Positions 39,965-48,840 of a DNA stretch of 56,502 nt are shown here, in pieces. Numbering within the stretch: the stretch's first letter is position 1; each line of letters begins with the position of its first letter. Source of the DNA: Halodesulfurarchaeum sp. (GTDB lineage: Archaea; Halobacteriota; Halobacteria; Halobacteriales; Halobacteriaceae); NCBI GenBank assembly GCA_042216995.1, contig JBDGTI010000045.1:223-56724 (forward strand). The letters are read 5' to 3'. The notes beneath the pieces were generated by a model. It did not search any database, was not told the DNA's origin, and worked only from the letters and a program-made list of their open reading frames with translations. Made by a program: the position numbers and the translations under genes.

Positions 39965-40990
39965 TTACAGGTAGCCGTCGGCGAGCTCGTCGATCAGCAG
40001 CTCGACGTCGTCACCGAGCTGGTAGATGATCGGGACGTCAGCACCGGATTCGACGTACCCGGCGACCTGTTCGCGGACCTGCTCGGGCGTGCCACTCGCA
40101 GTCAGCTTGCGGACGACGTCGTCCGGGACGAGTTCCATGCCCTTCTCGATGTCCTCGTGGTCGGCGGGCCAGCCGCCGATGGCCTCCTCGACGTCGTCGA
40201 TGAGGTCCTGACTGACGCCGCTTGCCTTCATGATGTGGGGCTGCTGGCCCAGATACTGCGTGATCAGCTCGCGGGCGTTGTCCAGGGCCTTCTGCTCGTC
40301 GTGGTCCATGGAGGCGACGACAAGCTGCGGGCGATCGATGTCATCCAGCGACCGGCCGGCCTTCTCGGCGCCCCGCTCGATGGCCTCGATCGCCTGGTCG
40401 TTGTACTCCGGACTCACGAGGTAGTTCATGACGACGCCGTCGGCGTACTCCCCGGACATCTCCAGGGCCTGGAAGCCGGTCGCACCCACGTAGACGTCGA
40501 CCGTGCGCGGGCCGGTGTCCCCGTGGACGACGTCGAGTTCGACGTCCTCGAGCTGAACGAACTCCCCGTCGTAGTTGACCGTCTCCATGTTGAGAAGCTG
40601 CTGGAGGGCCTCGACCCACTCGCGCATCGCGAGCAGGGGCTTTTCGCGATTGACCCCGACCTTCGAGGCGATGGGTTCCCACCAGGCACCGATGCCGAGT
40701 TCGATGCGGTCCGGGCCCGCGAGTTCCTCGAGCGTACTCGCGGTCTGGGCGGTCAGGGCGACGTTCCGCGTCCAGACGTTGATGACGCCGGTCCCGAGTT
40801 TGATCTCGTCCGTCACGGCCGCGTATGCGCCAAGCGGGGAGATCGCGTCGCGGGCGAGGCGTGATTCCGCCTGCCAGATCTCATCAAAGCCCTGTTCCTC
40901 GGCGTACTGAGCGATCTCCACGTTGCGCTCCAGGGGTCGTTTGTCTTGCAGATACAGTCCGATACGGTCTCCGCGAGTACTTCCGCTCAT
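39965..40990 (-). CDS. LLM-class (Mer-like, probably F420-dependent) oxidoreductase
   Basis: AEEQGFDEIWQAE, IKLGTGVIN.WTR, RIELGIGA, VYVGATG...LEMSGE.ADG, SGTPEQV. Confidence 0.82.
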   Translation of the reverse strand: MSGSTRGDRIGLYLQDKRPLERNVEIAQYAEEQGFDEIWQAESRLARDAISPLGAYAAVTDEIKLGTGVINVWTRNVALTAQTASTLEELAGPDRIELGIGAWWEPIASKVGVNREKPLLAMREWVEALQQLLNMETVNYDGEFVQLEDVELDVVHGDTGPRTVDVYVGATGFQALEMSGEYADGVVMNYLVSPEYNDQAIEAIERGAEKAGRSLDDIDRPQLVVASMDHDEQKALDNARELITQYLGQQPHIMKASGVSQDLIDDVEEAIGGWPADHEDIEKGMELVPDDVVRKLTASGTPEQVREQVAGYVESGADVPIIYQLGDDVELLIDELADGYL

Positions 40991-41201
40991 GATGCCATTC
41001 CACTCTAATTTGGGTTTTGCCAAAAAGGTATGGGTACGGCGCCGACGGTCGGGGTGTAGTCCCGGTGAACTCCGGTATCACATCCCATGGGTGCTCTTGG
41101 TGGTGCGTCTCAGGGTCGTTTCCGTTCCAACGCCCAGCACAAGTTTTATTCCCCGGTTGTGTCTTGCTCTAGGTGCCAACTTTGCTTGGCGGTGACGACC
41201 A

Positions 41202-42218
41202 ATGAAAACAGACCTACGCGGCAAAGACATGGTTACGCTACAGGAATGGGAAAAGGAAGAACTCGAATCTACTCTCGACGTCGCCGACCACCTCAAGCGC
41301 GAGTGGGCCCGCGAGGAGTGGCAGCACCACGACTCGCTGACCGGACGCTCGCTCTTCATGCTGTTCTACAACACGAGCACGCGCACGCGGAACTCCTTCG
41401 AGGCCGGGATCAACCAGCTGGGTGGCTACCCCCACGTCATGACGCCCGAACAGCTCCAGCTGGAACACGGGGAGTCCGCCCGCGAGACCTCGAAGATCCT
41501 CTCCCGCTATGGACACGGCTTCGCCGTGCGCGTGCTGGGTGCGGCCGTCGACTTCGAGTACCCCAAGGGGACCGAACTCGTCCGCGAGTACCAGGAGGGC
41601 GCGGACGTGCCGATCTTCAACATGCAGTGTGACAAGTACCACCCCTTCCAGACGCTCGCTGACCTCCAGACCGTCCGGGAGAAGAAAAACAGGATCGAGG
41701 ACCTCAACTTCACGATCTCCTACGCCTACGCGCCGGAGGTCCGCCGGCCCGCAAGCGTCCCCCACTCCTCGATCCTGGGTTTCTCGAAGATGGGCGCCAA
41801 CGTCACGCTGGCACACCCCGAGGGCGTCGAACTCGACCCCGAGATCGTGGACATGGCCGAGGAGAACTCCCAGAAGTACGGCGGCGACTTCGACATCGTC
41901 CACGACATGGAAGCGGGCTTCGAGGACGCCGACGTCGTCTATCCCAAACACTGGGTCTCGACGAAGGTGGGCGAGCGCGGCGTCGAGGAAGAGAAGGAAA
42001 TCCACGACCAGAACCAGCACTGGATCGCCGACGAGGAGATGCTGTCCAATGCGAAAGACGACGCGATCTACATGCACCCGCTGCCGGCCAAGCGCGGGTA
42101 TGAGGCCACCGAGGAAGTCATGGAGGGGCCCCAGAGCGTGATCTACGACCAGGCCGAGAACCGCCTGCACGCACAGAAGGGCGTTATGGCACTCACGATG
42201 GGCGGCCGAGGCTTCTAA
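41202..42218 (+). CDS. Knotted-type transcarbamylase (YgeW/AOTC-like)
   Basis: STRT, HPFQTLAD, SYAYAP..RPASVP, VYPKHW, HPLP, QAENR; lacks the DxxxSMG loop of true OTC. Confidence 0.8.
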   Translation: MKTDLRGKDMVTLQEWEKEELESTLDVADHLKREWAREEWQHHDSLTGRSLFMLFYNTSTRTRNSFEAGINQLGGYPHVMTPEQLQLEHGESARETSKILSRYGHGFAVRVLGAAVDFEYPKGTELVREYQEGADVPIFNMQCDKYHPFQTLADLQTVREKKNRIEDLNFTISYAYAPEVRRPASVPHSSILGFSKMGANVTLAHPEGVELDPEIVDMAEENSQKYGGDFDIVHDMEAGFEDADVVYPKHWVSTKVGERGVEEEKEIHDQNQHWIADEEMLSNAKDDAIYMHPLPAKRGYEATEEVMEGPQSVIYDQAENRLHAQKGVMALTMGGRGF

Positions 42219-42221
42219 GCC

Positions 42222-43250
42222 ATGGCCGACGTCGCCCATCCAGAATTCGACCTCGACGAGGAACCCCCCGACTTCTGGGAGGGAGAGGGGAATCGCGAGA
42301 AGCCTCTCTGCATGATCGCCCTCGGTGGCAACGCGATCTCCCCGCCGGACAGCGACGGGACCTACGAAGAACAGATGGCCGCGATCGAGAACACGTCCAA
42401 ACAGATCGTGGACGTGATGGAGGCCGGCTACAAGGTCGTCCTCAGCCACGGCAACGGCCCGCAGGTGGGATCGCTTTTGCTCCAGCAGGAGCAGGCCGAC
42501 CCGCCGGCACAGCCGCTTGACGTCTGTGGGGCGATGTCACAGGGCCAGATCGGATACATGTTCTCCCAGCAGATGCTCCAGCAACTGGAGCGGCGCTGGA
42601 AACACGTCCCCGTGGCCACGATCATCACCCAGACGGTGGTCGATCCGGACGATCCCGCCTTCGAGAACCCGACCAAGCCCGTCGGTCCCTTCTACCCCGA
42701 GGAGCGCGTCGACGAACTGCGCGAGCAGGGGATGAACGTCGAGAAGGTCCGGGATACCGGCGACCGAGATTACCGTCGGGTCGTCCCCTCCCCGGAGCCC
42801 CAGGGCATCCTCGAGGAGACCCCGGTCAAGCGGCTCATCGCCAAGCGCGACCTGGTCATCTGCGGTGGCGGGGGCGGCGTTCCCGTCTCACGGGAGCCCG
42901 GCAACATCGAGGGCCACGAGGGCGTCATCGACAAGGACCGCTTCGCGAACGTCCTCGGCCACCAGCTCGACGCCAATTACCTCCTCATCATCACGGACGT
43001 CGATGGGGTCTACCTCGACTATGGCACCGAGGACGAAGAGTTCCTCGATGAAATCACCGCCGACGAACTGCGGGAACTCCACGACGAGGGGGTCTTCCCC
43101 GCCGGAAGCATGGGCCCGAAGGTCGAGGCTGCCTGCCGGTTCGTGAGCGCCGACTCGGAGCGCGAGCGCGAAGCGATCATCACTTCGCTCGAGAACGCCG
43201 AGGCGGCGCTGAAATCGGGGGCCGGCACCCACGTCGTCGAATCGGAGTAG
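42222..43250 (+). CDS. arcC: Carbamate kinase
   Basis: ALGGNA, HGNGPQVG, AFENPTKPVGPF, RRVVPSP, GGGGVPV, VIDKD, GSMGPK. Confidence 0.95.
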   Translation: MADVAHPEFDLDEEPPDFWEGEGNREKPLCMIALGGNAISPPDSDGTYEEQMAAIENTSKQIVDVMEAGYKVVLSHGNGPQVGSLLLQQEQADPPAQPLDVCGAMSQGQIGYMFSQQMLQQLERRWKHVPVATIITQTVVDPDDPAFENPTKPVGPFYPEERVDELREQGMNVEKVRDTGDRDYRRVVPSPEPQGILEETPVKRLIAKRDLVICGGGGGVPVSREPGNIEGHEGVIDKDRFANVLGHQLDANYLLIITDVDGVYLDYGTEDEEFLDEITADELRELHDEGVFPAGSMGPKVEAACRFVSADSEREREAIITSLENAEAALKSGAGTHVVESE

Positions 43251-43336
43251 CGCCACGATCCCACCTGATTTTCTCACAGCGGTCGAAAATCGCGACGGCC
43301 CGAAGATCTATACGGCATGGTAACTTATGTCCCGAT

Positions 43337-43660
43337 ATGCCCGATATCGATGACCCCTCGATAGAGACTCGAATCCTGGACCCAGCGAACCGAAGCGTCA
43401 CCGCCGAAGGGGTCGATCCCGACGTGTGGGCCGTGGCCGCCGGCGACGAGTATGCGACCGAGTGGGCGATCGAACGGACCGACGAAACGGTCGTCCTCGT
43501 TGAAACCTACCGACGGAAAGGCGATCGATTCGAGCGGGACGGGGAACCCATCGCGTACGACCTCAGCCAGGATCTCGAGACGGCCGACTGGGCCTCGCAG
43601 TTCGCCGGGCGAAATCCCGCCGAAAAGGTCGCTGCCGCCCGGGAGTACTTCGGGAACTAG
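43337..43660 (+). CDS. Hypothetical protein
   Basis: Acidic 107-aa ORF filling the gap; converges on dsrH with a 4-nt overlap. Confidence 0.55.
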   Translation: MPDIDDPSIETRILDPANRSVTAEGVDPDVWAVAAGDEYATEWAIERTDETVVLVETYRRKGDRFERDGEPIAYDLSQDLETADWASQFAGRNPAEKVAAAREYFGN

Positions 43661-43902
43661 ACGAAGGTTTTGACCGGCGACTCGAAGACCAGATCGACGA
43701 GGTCGTCGTAGTCGATCGCCTCGACCGGGTCGGGGGGCGTGATCCCCCGCGCCTCGAGGTCGTCCCGGACGGCGTACACCGGGGCGTCGACGTCGGGCTC
43801 CAGGAGGACCCCGTCCTGCACCAGAACGACCGTCGGATCGGGATCGGTCCGCACCGTTCGAAGGGCCAGTTCCTCGTGGGGCTTGTCGATCAGGTACAAC
43901 AT
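43657..43902 (-). CDS. DsrH/TusB-like protein
   Basis: VVLVQDGV, DDLEARG, IDYDDLVDL. Confidence 0.82.
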   Translation of the reverse strand: MLYLIDKPHEELALRTVRTDPDPTVVLVQDGVLLEPDVDAPVYAVRDDLEARGITPPDPVEAIDYDDLVDLVFESPVKTFV

Positions 43903-44255
43903 CAGAAGGTGAGCACCTCCTCGGCGGCCCGGATGGTCTCGGAGACTGTTCTGCCACTCGCGACGGCGACGTCGTCTGCGATCTCCTCGGGAGAGATGTC
44001 CCGTTCCTCGAGCGCCGCCGCGTCGACGAGCATCTCCCCGTCGTTTGCCTTCAGATCCTCGATCTGGGCCGGCATGTTCAGTCGGTCGCGGTCGATCGCA
44101 GACCGCGTGGCATAGACGGCGTCCTCGGCGAAGAGGACGGTCACGTCGTGGTGATCGAAGCCGGCCGCGACACCCCCGGCGGCCCGGAGCCCCTCCGAGA
44201 GGTGAATGCGCCCGTAGGGGGCCCGGGTGAGGAGGACAGCGACGGACTTTTTCAT
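43902..44255 (-). CDS. DsrF/TusC-like (DsrE family) protein
   Basis: LLTRAPYG...EGLR, VLF.EDAVY, ALEERDI; no Cys. Confidence 0.82.
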   Translation of the reverse strand: MKKSVAVLLTRAPYGRIHLSEGLRAAGGVAAGFDHHDVTVLFAEDAVYATRSAIDRDRLNMPAQIEDLKANDGEMLVDAAALEERDISPEEIADDVAVASGRTVSETIRAAEEVLTF

Positions 44256-44268
44256 CGGGACACCCCCG

Positions 44269-44640
44269 TCATAGCGAGATCACCCGATCCGCCTCCCCGA
44301 TGATATCCGCGAGGTCCGGGAGAAGCCCCACAGTCACCCCCTCCGGGAGATCGGACTGGGGATCGATCGAGCGTGCGTCCGTGCAGATCCCGCAGACGAA
44401 CAGTTCGGCGCCCGCCTCGAGTAGCTCCTGGTACCTCTCTGTCGGCATCTTCCGATAGCGGCCGTTCTCGGCGGCCTCCTCGAAGTGCTGGTCGACCATC
44501 GGAACGTACGTGCCATCGAGGTACGCGAAGATCGACACCTCGTGGCCCCCGTCGAGGGCGGCCCGCCCCATCTCGTAGGCGGTCTTCCACCGCTCGGAGT
44601 CGAAGGGGGCACCCGTGAGAACGATTCCCAGGTGTGACAT
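44269..44640 (-). CDS. DsrE/TusD-like sulfur relay protein
   Basis: MSHLGIVLTGAPF, AALDGGHEVSIF.YLDG, FVCGICTDAR; C-terminal part of the 44269-45306 ORF. Confidence 0.85.
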   Translation of the reverse strand: MSHLGIVLTGAPFDSERWKTAYEMGRAALDGGHEVSIFAYLDGTYVPMVDQHFEEAAENGRYRKMPTERYQELLEAGAELFVCGICTDARSIDPQSDLPEGVTVGLLPDLADIIGEADRVISL

Positions 44641-44772
44641 CGGCGAATATACTTCTCCCGGACCCATAAATCCACACCTCTCCTCCCCAGAAGTCTCGGG
44701 AATCACCCCATCCCTAGTGTTTATTGGGATTGGACCGCGTGTATGTGAACTAGCCGGTAGATACTTACAACC

Positions 44773-45309
44773 ATGGAACTGGAACTCACGATAAACGGCC
44801 GCCGGGACACCTACGAGGCAGACCCCGCGGATTCGCTCCTGGATCTGCTCCGGGATAACGGGTACACCGGCGCCAAACGCGGCTGTGATACCGGCGACTG
44901 TGGCTACTGTACGGTCATCGTCGACGGCGAGGCGACACAGAGTTGCGTGACGCCGGCGAAAACCGCTGATGGCGCGACGATCGAGACCGTCGAATCGCTC
45001 GGCGAACAGGACGATCTCCACCCGGTCCAGGAGGCCTTCGTCGACCAGTCGGCCCTCCAGTGTGGGTTTTGCATCCCCGGCATGATCATGAACGCGACCG
45101 CCTCGCTCCGGGAGAATCCCGAGCCCTCCCCGGCGGAGGCCAGAGAGGCGATCGAACCGGTGCTCTGTCGCTGTACGGGACACAAGAAACCGGTCGAGGC
45201 CGTTCTCGACGCGGCCGATCGGATCGACGGCCCGGAGGATATCGCCCCCGACGGCGGCGAGTCGGTCGAACCCCACACGGCGGATACCACCGACGTGAGC
45301 GAACAATGA
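44773..45309 (+). CDS. (2Fe-2S) small subunit of a Mo-hydroxylase
   Basis: GCDTGDCGYC..C, QCGFCIPG, LCRCTG. Confidence 0.92.
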   Translation: MELELTINGRRDTYEADPADSLLDLLRDNGYTGAKRGCDTGDCGYCTVIVDGEATQSCVTPAKTADGATIETVESLGEQDDLHPVQEAFVDQSALQCGFCIPGMIMNATASLRENPEPSPAEAREAIEPVLCRCTGHKKPVEAVLDAADRIDGPEDIAPDGGESVEPHTADTTDVSEQ

Positions 45310-47744
45310 GCAAGGATCGACCCAATCCCGACGTCGAGCAGGAAAGCGGGTACCCGGAGGGCGACTCGGCGACGAACCCGAAGACGTGGAACGAACCGGC
45401 CGACAACCGCCGGGACCCCGAGGAGCGTGAGTCGATCACGGAACCGGTCGAGAAGGACGACGCCCGGCGCATCGTCACGGGCGAGGCCAAGTACACGAGC
45501 GATTACCGGCGTGAATTCCCGGACCTCCTCGAGGCCGCGGTCCGCCGCAGCGACATCGCCCACGGTCGCGTGACCGACATCGACACGAGCGAGGCCGAGG
45601 CGATGGACGGGGTCCACGCCATCTTGACCCCCGACAGCGAGGTCGTGCCCGACGCCGTCTACACGAGCGCGGGCCAGGGGTATCCGGAGCCGACCCCCTG
45701 GGACCTCCGGGTGCTCCGTGAAACGGTACGAATGGTCGGCGACCCGATCGCCGCCGTCGCCGCCGAGGACGAACGCACGGCCGAGCGAGCGGCGCGGAAG
45801 ATCCAGGTCGAATACGAGGAGTACGAACCGGTTCTCGACTACCGGAACGCGATGGACCCGGACGCCCCACAGATCCACGACGGGGACGAAATCGAGAACA
45901 CACAGCCCGGGGCGGACTACTCGCGGAACCGCCAGTCGAGTTTCGAGGGGGAGATCGGCGACGTCGAGGCCGCCTTCGAGGACGCGGACGAAGTGCTCGA
46001 GACGACCTGGGAGACGCCCTATCAGTCCCACTGTGTCCCCGAACCACACACCACGATCGCCCGCCGGGACCAGAAGGACCGGTATCACCTCCTCAGTAGC
46101 ACCCAGGTCCCCTACCACACGCGGCGACAACTCGCCCACCTCTTCGACATCCCGGTGCGTGACATCCGCGTCGAAAAACCCCGCATCGGCGCGGGCTTCG
46201 GGTCGAAGCAGGCGATGGTCATCGAGCCCATCACGCTGGCGCTCGCGATCGCGACCGATCGACCGGTGATCTACGAGACGAGTCGGAAAGAGCAGTTCCA
46301 CGCGATTCGCAGCCGTCACCCGATGCGAATCCGGATGAAGACCGCGGTCGAGGGAGCGGACGGTGACCTCGCGGCCATGGAGATGGACGTCCTCTCGAAC
46401 ACCGGCGCCTACGGTCCCCACGGGATGACCGTCGCCGGCAACGCGGGGACCAAACCCCTCCCCATCTATCAAGACGTTCCGAACGTCCGCTTTGCCGCGG
46501 ACATCGTCCACACGAACCTCCCGATCGCCGCCGCCCAGCGGGGGTATGGGGCCCCCCAGGGACACTTCGCCGCCGAGGCCCACATGGACGAGGTCGCCCG
46601 GCAGATCGGGATGGACCCCATCGAGTTCCGGCGGCAGAACATGGTCGAGGAGGGTGACCTCGACGAGATCGCCGCGATCCTGGCCGACGATGAGTCCCAC
46701 GCCCGGCGCATCCGGTCGTGTGGGCTGGATGAGTGCATCGAGCGCGGTCGTGAGGCGATCGGCTGGGACGACCTCGAGCAGCCCGCGGAGGACCATCTCC
46801 ATCGGGGCGTCGGGATCGCGCTCGTCGCCCAGGGCAGCGGGGTGGCCGGCGCCGAACTCGGCGCCGCCCACATCAAGATGAACGAGGACGGCTCGTTCAT
46901 CCTCCAGGTCGGCGGGGTCGACACCGGAACCGGCACCGACACGATGGTCAGCCAGATCGCCGCGGAGGTACTCGGCTGTGCCCCCGAGGACATCGTGGTC
47001 CACTCCTCGGATACGGACATCTCACCCTTCGATTACGGGGCCTACGCCTCCTCGACGACCTATATCACGGGCCAATCGGTGAAGAAGGCCGCGGAGGACG
47101 CGAAGGCCTCCCTCCTGAGCTGGGGCGCGAAGATGCTCGGGGCCGACCCCGAGGACCTCGTCGTGGCCGACGGGGAGGTTCGCGAGCAACAGACCGGTGA
47201 CGGCGTCACACTCGAGGAGATCGGCTACGAATCGATCTACGGCGAGGACGAACGCGCCCAGGTCATGGGCGAGGCCAGCCACTCGACCGATGAGTCACCG
47301 CCGCCGTTTGGCGCCCAGTTCGTCGACGTCACCGTCGACGGGGAGACCGGCGAGTACGAGATCAACCAGCTGGTGTTCGCCGCGGATCTGGGGGTGGCGA
47401 TTAATCCCCCACTGGCCGAGGGCCAGATCGAGGGCGGGCAGTCCATGAGCCTTGAACTCGCGACCGGGGCCGGCTACGAGTTCACCGACGAGGGCGAACC
47501 GAAGACCCTCTCGTACAAGCAATATGGAATGCCCCGGTCGACGGACCACCCGCCGATGGAGACGATCCTGGTCGAGACCCACGAACCCTCCGGGCCGTTC
47601 GGCGCGAAGTCCATCGCCGAGCTCCCGACCAACGGCGTCCCGCCGGCCCTGAGCAACGCCATCAGGGACGCCGTCGGGGTCAGGATCACGGACCTCCCGA
47701 TCACGGCCGAGAAGATCAACGCCGAACTCGAGAAAACACAGTAA
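45306..47744 (+). CDS. Xanthine dehydrogenase-family Mo-binding subunit, XdhD-like (paralog 1)
   Basis: STQVP, GAGFGSKQ, NTGAYGPH, RGYGAPQG, GAYASSTT, GPFGAKSIAE; ATGA overlap with the small subunit. Confidence 0.9.
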   Translation: MSKDRPNPDVEQESGYPEGDSATNPKTWNEPADNRRDPEERESITEPVEKDDARRIVTGEAKYTSDYRREFPDLLEAAVRRSDIAHGRVTDIDTSEAEAMDGVHAILTPDSEVVPDAVYTSAGQGYPEPTPWDLRVLRETVRMVGDPIAAVAAEDERTAERAARKIQVEYEEYEPVLDYRNAMDPDAPQIHDGDEIENTQPGADYSRNRQSSFEGEIGDVEAAFEDADEVLETTWETPYQSHCVPEPHTTIARRDQKDRYHLLSSTQVPYHTRRQLAHLFDIPVRDIRVEKPRIGAGFGSKQAMVIEPITLALAIATDRPVIYETSRKEQFHAIRSRHPMRIRMKTAVEGADGDLAAMEMDVLSNTGAYGPHGMTVAGNAGTKPLPIYQDVPNVRFAADIVHTNLPIAAAQRGYGAPQGHFAAEAHMDEVARQIGMDPIEFRRQNMVEEGDLDEIAAILADDESHARRIRSCGLDECIERGREAIGWDDLEQPAEDHLHRGVGIALVAQGSGVAGAELGAAHIKMNEDGSFILQVGGVDTGTGTDTMVSQIAAEVLGCAPEDIVVHSSDTDISPFDYGAYASSTTYITGQSVKKAAEDAKASLLSWGAKMLGADPEDLVVADGEVREQQTGDGVTLEEIGYESIYGEDERAQVMGEASHSTDESPPPFGAQFVDVTVDGETGEYEINQLVFAADLGVAINPPLAEGQIEGGQSMSLELATGAGYEFTDEGEPKTLSYKQYGMPRSTDHPPMETILVETHEPSGPFGAKSIAELPTNGVPPALSNAIRDAVGVRITDLPITAEKINAELEKTQ

Positions 47745-47749
47745 CCGGC

Positions 47750-48502
47750 TCAGGGCCGGATCACATCGAGGGTCTCCGTCTCGAAGGAGGTTACGAGTCC
47801 CCGCTCGAATCGATCGGAACGGGCGAAGGCCGCCTCGAGTGCCCCTCGGGCGCGGTCTCGCTCGTCGTCGCCGTCGGCCTTGTTGATGATCGCCGCGACG
47901 CGTGTCGCTTGCGGGACGCCCTTCAGGCCCCCGTCGGCCGAGGCGAGGACCTCGCCGACGAGTTCCGGCGTGATCTCGGTCCCCCGTTCGACGTCGGCGA
48001 TCGCGGCCACGCGCTCGGGCCGATGAACCGCGGCTTCCCCGAGGGGGCGCCCGAAGATCTTCGCGGAAACGACGGGCACGACGAGGGTGCTCGCCCCGGG
48101 AACGGCCGGCTCGCCGTCACCCGGGGCCTTGAACTCCCGCATGCGGGCCCCGTCCGCCTTGACGACGATCCAGTCGAGGAGGTCGGCCTCGAAGATCGAA
48201 TCAAGCGTCGCCGGCCGGAAACCCGTCACTTTGGCGTCCACCCGGGCCGGATTCGCCACCCGCTCGCTGGCAAAGGCGACTGGCGTGTCCGCGGACTCGA
48301 GACGGTCTTCGAGGTCCCCCGGATCCGCGACGAACAGCGGTATCGATTCGGGAGGGGGCATGTGGGTCGTGGTCGTGTAGCCAATTTGGACCCTGGCCCG
48401 ACCCTCCTCGACCAGCCGCGCCATCGAGGTCTTCTTGCCCCCGGCACCGACGAAAGAGACCAGTTCACGGTCGCCGAGATCGAGTGCGCGAGCCAGTTCC
48501 AT
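47750..48502 (-). CDS. yqeC: Selenium-dependent hydroxylase accessory protein YqeC
   Basis: VGAGGKKT, TTTTH, KADGA....KAP...EP, HRPE, INKAD. Confidence 0.88.
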   Translation of the reverse strand: MELARALDLGDRELVSFVGAGGKKTSMARLVEEGRARVQIGYTTTTHMPPPESIPLFVADPGDLEDRLESADTPVAFASERVANPARVDAKVTGFRPATLDSIFEADLLDWIVVKADGARMREFKAPGDGEPAVPGASTLVVPVVSAKIFGRPLGEAAVHRPERVAAIADVERGTEITPELVGEVLASADGGLKGVPQATRVAAIINKADGDDERDRARGALEAAFARSDRFERGLVTSFETETLDVIRP

Positions 48503-48587
48503 ATCCGCTATACCGCCGACGCGCCCATCAAATTGCTGGTCGGGGATCCCGTCAGGGTTATGGAGCAACGACCCCTCAACGTGAAAT

Positions 48588-48839
48588 ATGAGCACGGAGA
48601 TCGACGTCAAAGGCGAGGTCTGTCCCCGACCGGCGCTGATCGTCCGGGACACCCTGGAGGAGATGGAACCGGGCGAGGACCTGCTCGTGACTGCCGACTA
48701 TCCCCCGGCCCGGGACAACATCGAACGGACCTGCCGAAAACACGGCTACGAGACGAGCGAAGTGGATGCCGGCGACGGGGACGAGTTCACGCTCCGGATC
48801 GTCGTTCCGGAGGAGGCGACGGGGCCGAAGATCGAGTGA
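48588..48839 (+). CDS. TusA/SirA-family S/Se carrier
   Basis: DVKGEVCPRP motif; directly upstream of selD. Confidence 0.88.
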   Translation: MSTEIDVKGEVCPRPALIVRDTLEEMEPGEDLLVTADYPPARDNIERTCRKHGYETSEVDAGDGDEFTLRIVVPEEATGPKIE

Positions 48840-48840
48840 C

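Noticed and set aside
39965-40990. Methanogenesis/Wood-Ljungdahl Mer linked to CODH
   Set aside because: No ACS, Mtd, Mch or Ftr genes in the window, and the active-site motif differs from Mer.
41202-43250. Arginine deiminase pathway (arcBC)
   Set aside because: No arcA or arcD in the window, and the transcarbamylase lacks the OTC SMG and HCLP motifs.
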